Shown: one piece after another, positions 46,413 to 61,688 of the stretch | How positions within the stretch are numbered: the first letter of the stretch is position 1 | Layout: each line of letters starts with the position of its first letter | NCBI GenBank assembly: GCA_009103225.1 | Contig: RHPI01003488.1 | Coordinates: 62,001-126,000, forward strand | DNA length: 64,000 bases | Source: Chlorokybus atmophyticus | Taxonomy: Eukaryota; Plantae; Mesostigma and Chlorokybus algae | Direction: 5' to 3' | Position numbers and translations under genes: made by a program | The notes under the pieces: model-generated | What the model saw: the letters and a program-made list of their open reading frames with translations, nothing else | Told to the model about the DNA's origin: nothing | Database searches by the model: none

Positions 46413-49261
46413 ACCTTGCAACTACTACTCTGGATGCTGGGCTCAATACATGCAGTGAGATGCGCATGCTGATTGGAATGCTAAATGTCTCAGACCTGCT
46501 TGACGGAATTGCTGTAGATATCATCCTCCGAGGCTGACACCTTTGCCGGAAGTCAGTGACATGTATGGATTGTTGTAGCAACGCCATCTTGGGGGATTTT
46601 GCTCTGCCTGTCTTGCAACCTGCAGTCGCACAGAGCTGCGATTGTACGTTACAGTTACGTTACCATTGGTCACCATACTGCGATTTGTGTAAATTGGCCA
46701 AAGTGGTTGGTGCAATGAGCTTGGTAGTTTATGCAGGTTAAACCAGGTTGTACACAAAAGCATTGGTCGATAGGGACAGGGTGTACAAATGATGCGACAT
46801 GCATAGCGTGCGTGCAATTCAAGCAACATGCACATGGTAGCTAAGGCAGCGCATACCCAACTCAATTCTGTGTTTGTCATCACTGCTTGTCTTCAGATAC
46901 CGAGACGGCATTGATGGCCTGGCCAGCCATCTTGACAGCTGTTCTTTAGTGATATGGCAGCTTGATGTGTGCAAGTTGTGCTGCACTTGAGTGCGGGGTG
47001 GCTGCAGTGTAGCATGTGCCACGCTGGGAGCCATTGTGTACAGAAAATGCGCAACACGTATGCACATGCACGACACATGCAATGGACCTAGCATCATGTC
47101 CTAGCTTGGCTACATCTAAGTTGGACGCTGCCTTGGCTTTTGCGCTCAGTGCTTGCATGCTTTGCTTGCTTCAACTGCGACGGTTGCAGTTTGCAGCTGG
47201 TTTTGAGATAATGTAGGTGTTCATGCGAGTAGGTATGGTCATCGGAACCAAGTGGGAACTTGCTGGTGGGGTTGTCTATCTGAGGGAGCTGAGGTTGGTG
47301 GCGGACTTGTTGCCACTGGTGTCACGTCATTCCTTTCCCCCGTTTTTGGCATTGGCGCGCGCCCCCGGTAGACGAATATCACACGCGTACCACTTGGCAG
47401 TTGTGGGTGTAGTTTGCAATGTCCTTAAGAGCTACATGTTGTGTATCGTGCATGCGCAAGGAGGGGCAGGCACTGCAACTGTAGCCGACGCCATCACGGT
47501 GGTGCAACAGGACTCGAGCGACAAACCGAAATGTATGCTGATGACAGCGTACACGCAAGGGGTGTTGACTAAGGAGTGCAAATGTCCTTTTGTGATACGT
47601 GGCAATACCGTCTGCCTCAATCTAAGCACATCGTTGGTTACCAACCAGTTTGTGCTTACAGCGAGGTATGACACCTTCGAACTAGACATATTGTGACTGC
47701 TGCAAGTTTACCTTGTTTTGAGCACATCTTCTGCTCAGATTGAGGGAATCCGCTACATGACTATACACATATCTGTATATCTGTATATAAACATATGCAC
47801 ACATGTATATATGTGTCTCTACACACATAGCAAAGCCATGTCTTGCCTCTGCCCCTGTTGCTGTACCTTGCACTTGTTTAATTGACCTGCAACTGTGGCT
47901 TGCATCTACTACTCAGATCAGTCTATATATGTTTATAAGTGTTCACATATGTATATGAATCTATCATGACGAGACATACACATAATGGATGCTATTATAT
48001 ATATACACATATATATATATATTTATTATACATGCACATTAATGTATATCTGTTTATGTCCGTATATATGGTGTGGCTTAAGTGTTTGCTACATTTGTAA
48101 GGCTTACGTACACGTGTATCATATATGTATGTACGTATATGCGTATATATGTATGCATGTTCAGCAAGTTGTCGTCGCAGTCGTCAGCGTCGTCACCCTG
48201 ATGTGCCCAAGCCCGGCCTGATTCCCGCGCCTCTGCCGTGCAGGTTGTGCTTCAAACCTTCCTACCTGCATGCTTCTTGCCTGCCTGTTTGAAGGTCCGG
48301 TCTAAGTCTAAGTGTAGGCTGGAGTAGTGTCTTGGCTTGGGTAGCTTGATGTTGAAAAGCTTTAGCTGGCCCTCTGTCTAATTGAGTGTGCTTGTGGGTG
48401 TTTGCTGCTGTGTGCTTCCTGGTTGTGTTCACATGCATTCAACTTTTTAAAAAAGTGTGCTTTGCGCAACTCTTGAATATGTTATGTGTACGGAAGTATG
48501 TATATATTTGCACATGGTTGTTTATGCATATAGCCCGTATGTCGTACATTCGTGTACCTGATGTATATTTGTATACAAGAATACACGTATAAACAATGCA
48601 TTTTAACTTTGTTGCCCTCTTTGTAATCACCAAAGGTATCTGTGAAGGGTGCTTACATTGAGTATGATAGTGTTTGAACATGGGAGTGATTTGCCTCGTG
48701 CACATTGGTTCTCGAAAAAGATGTGCTTAGATCGAGGTTGTGCTTGGAACGAGTGTGACTACAAGGAGGTTGGACTATACTATTGCAAGTATAATTGCAC
48801 AATGCGGCAAATCTCTGGTAACTTGTGACGATACCACTCACTTACTTGCGGCGGCTTGGCAAACTTATGCACAAGCACAAGGACTTACTACTGGAAGCCC
48901 TACCGGCGTCACTGGTGCGGTACTTTGCAGAGGAAGTCACAGCACCGCACCAAGGAAGGAGAGGATGACACCAACCTCTCTACTCAGCTCCCACACACTC
49001 ATACACTCAAGCACACCTCACACACATGTGCAAAGCTGCCACGGACATCACACCCCACATGGGATGAGAGGGAGAGCCCCTTGAACAACTAAACTAGGCA
49101 CCCCACACACAAGAGTCGAGTATGCACATGCTGAGCTGCCTCAACACATGTTGAGGCCGTTCATATACCCTCTCTTTGCTGCTCTCCGACCTAGAACATT
49201 TAAGTCCAAGTACTACATGCCTTGTCATGGCTGCGTTGACCACAACTCATGTCTAGGGCTG

Positions 49262-49420
49262 CCACATCAGCCCTTGGACCTCTTTCAACGCCCAAGACTG
49301 ATCACACATCAGCCTCGGACATTGTAAACGTCCCTAGGCTGGTCACATCAGCCTAGGACATCACACACATCATCCTTGGACGTTGTGAACGTCCTTGGCT
49401 GGTCACATCAGCCTAGGACA
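49262..49420. repeat. Degenerate tandem repeat built on CACATCAGCC(T)...GGAC
   Basis: About five copies of CACATCAGCC/CACATCATCC followed by (T/C)(A/T/C)GGAC; GGCTGGTCACATCAGCCTAGGACATCA occurs twice. Confidence 0.7.
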
Positions 49421-51049
49421 TCATACTCATGCATACATATGCGTGCATATGCACACATATGCGCATGCATGCATATACATGCATACATCTAGTACATACC
49501 TCTCATGCACGCATATGCACTCATATGCGTACATGTGCACGCATATGCAAACACATGCAGACACATGCAGACATATGCACACATATGTCTCTGTACATCA
49601 CATGATGTCTCATCGGCTATGATCAGCCCTGTGCTTGCCATCATGCCTTGTGTAGTTCATCATGCTCAAGGCCGCACAGGCTCTAGAGCAGACCTACATG
49701 AGAGCACACCCACAAGCACTACACACGCTTGCGTAGTGTGGGTCCCCACTTGGTCTCATCTTACTTACCACATAAGTAAGGGACAGAGAATGACTTTTGT
49801 CTGCCCCGTGGGCGTGACATAAGACACTCAAGCAGACCACAATAAATGCTATTAAGTTAACTGCGCACGTGGCAACGTGTGACAACAGCAAAGCACATTG
49901 ACCACGTAGGCTGCGGTCTTAGCGTGTGGCCTGCATATTAGCGTGAATACATATAAGTGGTTGCTACGTGTTGGCATGGGCCAAGTAACATCAATGATAT
50001 AGTGATGTGGATGGCTTGTGTTGGATGCTATGTGTATATCGCTATGGGCTTCAATGAGCCATGCATTACCGGTACAGTACAGATGACCCGAGCTTGCGAA
50101 GGCATTTGACACTACGTGGGCGTGACAAATGTGACGTAGTTCTTAGTATGGGAACGGTAGCGGACTTTGCTGGGTGGTATATTTTCCATGATTGTGAAGG
50201 TAGTATTCACCAAGTCATACGAGTTTTTACACTGTGGTTTGCTTGCACATCTCCTTGTACTCTATTGCTACACACACCACACCATTTGCAGTTTGACCTT
50301 GGCTTGCCCCTCCCCACCTCCCTTGCTTCGCTAAGTCCTGCCTCTCGGTGTTGCGGCAGCGAGCTACTGACACTTGGCAGGCCTTTTGTGTATGTCCTTG
50401 TGTATGTCTCGCAGCGCATGACTTGCAACTGTTGGCTATCGTGTGCTTCAAGTGTGGACAACAGCACTGTGTACTTCTGCTGCACTAAACACACATTGTA
50501 AAGCTTAACAAAACAAGTTTGGCAACATTAGTTGGCAATCTAGTCAACGGCGTTCCTGATAGAAACCTACAACCTACAACCCAAGGTGACAACTGCTGAG
50601 CGCCGTCACACTCCACTGGCTGGCAGCGTACAGTTGTGTCCCTTCAACACCAGCGATGTGCGCTTGTGATGAACATACAATACTCCAGCTAGTCAAATGC
50701 TAACCCTAGTCTACAGGAAGGAATGCGCCTAATGGAAATGGCAGGTCTGCTGTACGGCAGGTCTGCATAAAGCTACAACACCAAAATTGGGGTGGGATGC
50801 AACAGCTGGAGCTGCAGGAACAGGCAGGCTGCTGCTCTGCATGACGGAACGCCGCAATGGTCAGAATGTGCCATATGCTCGTGAGGTCCACAAGCCTCAT
50901 GCCTATGCATACCTTATGGTAACACTGGCTCCAAGACATGCAGCTCAGGCAGCGACACTCAATCGTCGCAAGCGCAGGGTCCTGCGAGGGTTGGGCTGGA
51001 TGTCAATCGCAGCCAACCACCATCATCGTAAAAGCCGCAGCTGCCATTG

Positions 51050-52349
51050 CAGCAACTCACCCGTATGCTGCACGTGTTGGGTTTGCAAGCTCTAAATCTG
51101 AGAGGTTGCCATCATCACTCACTGCCTGTGAGGTCGCTGTATCATAGTCAGCATCAACTGTTGCAAGAGAAACCAGTATAAGCGTTGCAGCACTTGCAAA
51201 GCGTAAACATGCTTGAAAACATGCTTAGATCAATGCTCACCTTTTTCGTGGCTTTATCTGAACGCTCCATTGTATCTGAGCTGAGCAGCTGTGTATGATC
51301 GTGCACCTTGGCAGCCTTCTCCTTGCTCAACTTCTGGAATGTCCTCTTAATCCAGCCACCTGTGCACATGCCATTGGTCACTCAGCGTTACCAGTGGACT
51401 GCAGGCACCACATCATAGACGACTGTAGCTTTTGCAGTGGCTCTGTCTTACCTTTTTTGGTCTCGTTGAGTGTAAGGATGATGGCCTGCGGTTGTAGGAC
51501 AGGTGCCTCCTCGGGCACTGCTGTGATTTGTGCGTAGTCTCGAGAAGTGTCACGCCACCATGTGTCAGCAGCAGCCGCTGAAGCATTGGTTGTAATTTGG
51601 GGTTGCGCTGGAGGGCGGCGAGGCGTGGGAAGCTCATACTGCTCATCGACCTCTTGGATTGGGTCAAGCTCAATCATGTCACATCCAGCGTACTTGCTCA
51701 GAAAGAATGTGTCCACAATCTCACGCTCCTTCATCAGGCGTGCGTGCTCGCGCGCAATGGCGGCACGACATAGAAACAAGTCTGAAGCGGTGCGCGTCAT
51801 ACTCCGAAAGACCTGGAGGAATGGATCCCTTGTTCACAAGAGCTCTCAGGATGCAAAGCAACGCTTGTATGTACTCAGGGTCATTTGCAAAGTTGAGTGA
51901 TCATTAGCCACCTGCATTAACCAACTGAAGGGAGACACTGTCCGCTTGCGCAACGCGTTGTCCGAAGAGCTTCTTTGCAAATTCTTCTTGGGTGCAGGCT
52001 GTGCAGGCTTCATTTGGGCCTGCTGCTGCCCTTGCGCTGCTGTTTGTTGCGGTTGTGGTTGTGATGCCGGCTGCTGTAACTGCTCGCTCACTGCAACAGA
52101 CAACTTGTTCCGCTTTGCTTGACCGCGGCTTTTCCGTGCCTTCTTCAACTCTGCCTTCACACGTGCCTGTCCAAGAGATTGTTATCGACAATGTAGCATC
52201 AACATTGCAAACCTGTCTCGTGAGTCTCTAGTGGTATGTACCTGACCGCCGCGTAGCTTGCGTTTTCGCACAACACGTGCTTGCTGAACAGCATCGCAGG
52301 CAGCCACTTGTGCTTGGAGTTTTTGCACCGACGCAGTGGTGCTAGGCAT
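51050..52349 (-). CDS. Putative multi-exon protein of unknown function (basic, Gln/Pro-rich); 3' end unresolved
   Basis: Phase-compatible exons 52349-52242, 52166-51912, 51812-about 51450, and from about 51360 with canonical GT-AG sites. No family recognised, and later exons could not be joined in frame. Confidence 0.45.
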
Positions 52350-53681
52350 CCCCACTATCGCCAGGCACTCTGCGCCTGGTTGACAACGCAGGCTAGCAGT
52401 CTGCTTTGACCTCTTTATAAGCTACACTTTCACCCCAAACCTGCACACAAACCGCCAGCAATGGTCAACACAGTTGTTCCAAAAAAGGACTATGCCTTGT
52501 ACAGGTGGACGGCATAGACTGCCATCAACATATGCTAACAATCTGAGACTATAAACGCGCGCTGCGTTGCGTTAAACACGCTCCATCGATTCAGATACCT
52601 ACGCCAAAGTTGTTCACGACAATCAGCAGCACAACTGTGACCCCCCGCATTGTAACATCCTGTAACCTCACATTGGCTAGTATTATGACCTGAAAGCAAC
52701 TACATAAAGCAAGCTAAAAACACCTGCAGTGTTGACCACCACGCACATTCCTCTTCGTCCAGACTCCAGCGCACTGCACACTAGCTAGCCTCAGACCAGA
52801 CGACCAGTACCTTGCGCGGTGTGCCACAGGCAGCAACGAACGCCACCACCAACACCACGATCCTGCTAATCCACAAGCACAGACCCCTCCACGCTGTCCT
52901 CCGCCTCCTCCTTCCCCGCACCCGCCGCCACCCGCGTGGCGGGAGAGCGCACACTACACCACACCACAGCACAGGCTGCAATGCAAGACTGTGGCACAAT
53001 CAAGCAGCTTATGCCTCAATATTCAAACCTAGGGCTCAAGACCTAAACCCTAATCGTCCTATCCGACGGCTGTCAGTTGCTTGATAGCAGTAGGCCGCGC
53101 CACTCACCGTCAGATGAGCTGTAGATCCGACGTCAAGGTCTGTTTTGGCTTCCTCTGCTGTAACGGCACAGGCGTGCGCGGGGGTTTGAACGCTGGTCCA
53201 CGCGCCAAGAAAGCGAGAACGGAGGAAGCCAGATTGTGCCTCAGGTCTTGAGACGCAAAGTCGCTGCTAACATGGCGTGCGTGACGCTGGGCAGCAGGCG
53301 TCAGAAGCGCGTCAGCCAGAACGGTTGTCGCTGTCTTTTCGTTGCTTGCCGCGATGCCCCTGCGGGAATCCACGCGGCACTGACGGAACGCGCGACTCCG
53401 TTGTTGCCGGTTCACGCACGTGCAGCGCAAAGCGTGTCTCGAGCGTGCCGTGGGCGAAGCCCTTGAACGTTACCAAGCGTGTCTGACCGTGAGTTAGGGC
53501 ATCAAGATCGCTCTAGGATTGTGGATCGCCACGCGCCGACTCTCGGCGCGTCAGCATTCATACGTATCACGTCACGTGACGTGACACTTCCTCTTGACAT
53601 GTTGGCCATGACTGGCTGACGACATGGCCAACGTGGTGTAATGGCCCACTGGTAGCGCTGGGACGTTACAGATACGGTGTA

Positions 53682-57325
<3,644 letters not shown>

Positions 57326-57395
57326 TATTAAGCTTACGTAATTAAGTGCTTAACTCACACGGTAATTAAGGTCCCACGGCTTTGAAGGCTTAAAA

Positions 57396-60300
57396 TTACA
57401 CAAATGATTTACACTCTAAGTACGGTTGCATTCTCAGAAGTCCCCGCTTTTGTGGGGGTGTTTCTTGACCGCACAACGTGTGCGCAGACTGTTTCCCAAG
57501 CTCGCACATGCTCTGTGCGGCTGATGCTTGAGTGATGTTGCGGCTGAGCGCGTATCGCGTTGTATTAGGCGTCAAATTAACGTCCATGGGCACAAGACAA
57601 CACGGTTCAGCGTTTTCAGCAACTTGTTGCCATGGCTGTCGTTGTCCACTGAGTCTGTGACCACCATATGCAATGGTGAATACGCTAACTTGCTCATAGC
57701 GTACACCGCTGTGTGCAACAGGAACACCGTCTTGTTGCGCAGCACTGCGAGAGTCCGAGCATGACGAGGTCCCGGCACCTTGACTCTCCCCAGTGCAGCG
57801 AGTCCTGTTAATGCCCCAAACACCTGGCGCAATTCATCTTCACAGGACTCCCACTCTGCTAGCCAGTCGACACACCTCAGGTCATGGTCCATCTTGTTGC
57901 GCTCAACCATGCGCAACCTCTCCAGTCCATGAGGACACCGAGCAGACGCAACACACCATCATCAACTCGATCTGCATTCTGTGCCGCTGTTCCTGGACGC
58001 CGCATCTGTGCGCTGGCAGGCACTTCAGTCACATTCATACCATGCCTCAACAGACATGCCAGCGGATCAGCCCAAGCTGCAATTAAGAGGGTGCCTTGGT
58101 TGCGTGCACGAGTCACCACCACAACGGCACCTTGCAAGCGGGCTTGCACAGCTCGCAACACCACGCGTGCTTGTATAATATTGTACTTAGCCGCAACAGC
58201 CATCAGAAATACCACCGCGTCCCGCTGCAGTAGTTGAGAGGCCACCTCTCGCACAGTTTCTGCAACCGCATCCTGTGCCTGCTCAGACGCTGTCGCTCTG
58301 ACCTCATCCTCGAACATTTGGCGCAGCTCCTCCGACACACGCGCTTCGTGATTATACTGCGACGCGTTCCTGCTCGCGCGCATTGTCTCGCGCAGCCCAG
58401 CAATTACATCTTCCAACTCTACCGACTTGCCACGGTAACCATCGCATTCACGCTGTGCTTCTTGCCGCAGGCGCCTCTCCCTGATGCTCTGCGTGGTTTC
58501 GTCTAGCGAACGGGACTCCAGCACCTGACAACAATAGCAGTCACAAGCAGGTCAGGCATTATGACCACTCACGTGACACTGTCGCATTGTCAGCAACTTC
58601 ACCTCCACGTGTTGTTGCAGGTTATCCAATTCCTCCCGGAGCTCTTCCTGAGCACGCGCAGTTGCGGCGCGCTGCTGGGCATCCTCAACAGATTTGCGTG
58701 CCAACTGCTCTTTCACAATCTGAAACACGGCACCCAATAGCAACCTGATATTCTATTGCAGGTTAGACGGAAAGACAGAGCTACCTCATCACTACCTTAG
58801 GCGAGCTATTGACTCACCTCATGCTGGTTGCGCCAATGCTAACAATCCTGCTCTGCCTTCCTTAAGTCTTCAGCTGCACACCTGTCGACCTCCATATCTC
58901 TCAGAGCAGCTCTCACGCCAACGAGTTCCTGCATCAGGGTTGCCCGTTCCCCTATCACAGCATCGCGTTGGAGCGTCAACCCATGTACTTCACGCCGCAA
59001 GAACTGCGCATAACGTAGGAGAGCTGGCTAAGAACTACACAACTAGTGGCTGTTGTCAGCGCATACACGAACATGGCATCAAACAATGCTGATAATTTAC
59101 ATGCAAACGGCTCACATTCAGATGCACAGCTTTACATGCTATCAGTCGCAGTCACACTGTCATCTCACGCATACGACCTCAGACGTTGTCGGGTGTCCTG
59201 TCACTCCATATCACATACGCGCGGCATGGCATGCACTGTACCCATATGCACATGACATTTGCTCCCCAATACCTGCAACTGAGCGTACACTGTAGTATGG
59301 CTGTACATGTCCCCTACATTCATGGTAGTAGTCTTCGCGTGATCTGCATATATTCACGTCGTTCACATTATATAATGCATGCGTACACATGGGGTTGCAA
59401 AGATGTGAACTTCGTCGCAAATTTTACACGGTGACTGACTAAGGAGTGAGGGACTGACTGGTGACTGAGCTTGCCTGAGCCTGCCAGTCGCTGCCTGAAA
59501 TATTACTTTTGGACTGTTGGGTTTGCCGTTGGTTTAAGTGGACTGACGCAGACGGCCGCGGGCCGAAAGTGGTTGTCAGTGGCACTAACCGGCCGAGAGT
59601 TGTCAACCAGTTACCCTTTGGTTGATGTGCACAGACGGCCGTTAGCCGGTAGTTACGGACAGCTGACAGCAATAGCCGGCAGTTTCTTTGCCGTTACACT
59701 GCTGTTAATATGTGACCCTTCCCATTTGACAAAAGTTGGCAATTCTTACCGTAAGCCAACACTAACATGCCATGCAGCTTGTACAAACCTTGGACTGATC
59801 GTTTAGTCTTGCACCTATAAGCCCACAATATATACAATGTAGCGGCAGTGGTGAGAGTATGTCCACTTGCAACTGAGCAGCCGACTTGCGCATGAAACTA
59901 CCCTATGACATTGAATCTAGCTGTCGAACTCATGCGCAGCTTGTCAACTCGTGGTGCCTGCCTCAGAACTCCTCCTCAAACCCCCTCCTCATGTTCCTCC
60001 TCCGACGAGTCTTCTGCTTCAACGCCGGAGTCATCTTCATCCGTCGCCTCGCTCGCTGACAGTACAGCGGCTACTTTGTCCTTCAGCTTGAATGTCAGCG
60101 CCTCGCCGTGCACGCGCATGCGCTTGATGGTCGCTTTGAGAGTGACCACCTGCATTTGGTAATGCTGTAAGAGTGGCGTGCTGCCAGAGGACTAGCCCAT
60201 CAGCATACACACGCTTACCTCGTCTTCCGCTTTGTTGCACTCCGCCAGGCAGACAGTCAGCCTGCCGCGCTGCTCTCAGTTCACTCTGACCAACATGGCA

Positions 60301-60543
60301 ATCTGCAAGCATACTGCTTAATTACCGCTGAAAACATTATACTACGTAATGGATTACCCGTTCGTGGTACTCCGCAGCTTCTCTTTTGCGACTTGTGAGC
60401 TCTCGCAAGTAGAAGTAGGCTGTGCATTTGCGAGATTGGTCATGCTGTTCATGTGCATGACACTGGAGGTTGTGCATGAGGGTGTGCATGTGGTATTGAC
60501 AGTGTATGTCAAGTGCAAGATACTTGAGGCTGTTCATGTGCAA
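57396..60543 (-). pseudogene. Decayed multi-exon coiled-coil/acidic gene of unknown family
   Basis: Coding-like segments 59905-60160 (acidic, with stop), 58800-59030, 58552-58743, 57877-58524 and 57572-57916 (frameshifted relative to the previous one), rich in E/R/Q/A heptad-like sequence, with splice-like boundaries. Confidence 0.45.
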
Positions 60544-61688
60544 GATAAAAGAACCCTAGCATGTGGCATTGACAGTGCATCGTAACCCACCTTGGTTATG
60601 CCAGTCTTGTTTGGTCCCTTCAATCATGTCACCGTGGACGCAGCTGCTGGTGGGTCGTATTTTCTTAGAGGCAGTATTGTGGTGTGCCTTTGCCCACTCG
60701 GAGGGGGAGCCCTGTAAGATATCGCCCGAGTCACTGTTGTCATTGGATGTGCCCTTGGTAGTCTTGGTGGGGTTTGACACCGAGGACACCCCTTCGGCAC
60801 CCTGCCCGCCCTGTGCGAACATGGAATTCATCCCGGACCTCGATTACAATGCCCACTACGCCCCTGGCAGCGCCGCCAACGATCCTCCAAACGCCACATA
60901 CCCTTGGCATCACGCCCCTGTAAGGGCATAGCTTGGCGGAGCTATCAATAGTGTTTTCATGCGCAGGGGGACTGACATTGCCAGAGTTGTCAATGGTACG
61001 AACTGCCATTGCCATTGTACAAAGGTACCATTTCAATGGTGCCTTTGTACAATGCCTATACCTTTTGGCAAAGGCATCTTCGTACCATTGAAACGGTTCA
61101 ATCAGAATATATATGTATATATATATATATNNNNNNNNNNNNNNNNNNNNNNNNNNNNNNNNNNNNNNNNNNNNNNNNNNNNNNNNNNNNNNNNNNNNNN
61201 NNNNNNNNNNNNNNNNNNNNNNNNNNNNNNNNNNNNNNNNNNNNNNNNNNNNNNNNNNNNNNNNNNNNNNNNNNNNNNNNNNNNNNNNNNNNNNNNNNNN
61301 NNNNNNNNNNNNNNNNNNNNNNNNNNNNNNNNNNNNNNNNNNNNNNNNNNNNNNNNNNNNNNNNNNNNNNNNNNNNNNNNNNNNNNNNNNNNNNNNNNNN
61401 NNNNNNNNNNNNNNNNNNNNNNNNNNNNNNNNNNNNNNNNNNNNNNNNNNNNNNNNNNNNNNNNNNNNNNNNNNNNNNNNNNNNNNNNNNNNNNNNNNNN
61501 NNNNNNNNNNNNNNNNNNNNNNNNNNNNNNNNNNNNNNNNNNNNNNNNNNNNNNNNNNNNNNNNNNNNNNNNNNNNNNNNNNNNNNNNNNNNNNNNNNNN
61601 NNNNGGCGGCGGCGGCGGCGGGTGTGCGTGTTGCTGGATATGATGCAGGTTACATTGGCAACACCTGTGTCGACGTTAGTAGTGAGAT

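Noticed and set aside
46800-47700. Additional minus-strand gene (ORF 47432-47689)
   Set aside because: No recognisable motifs and no phase-compatible exon chain could be built.
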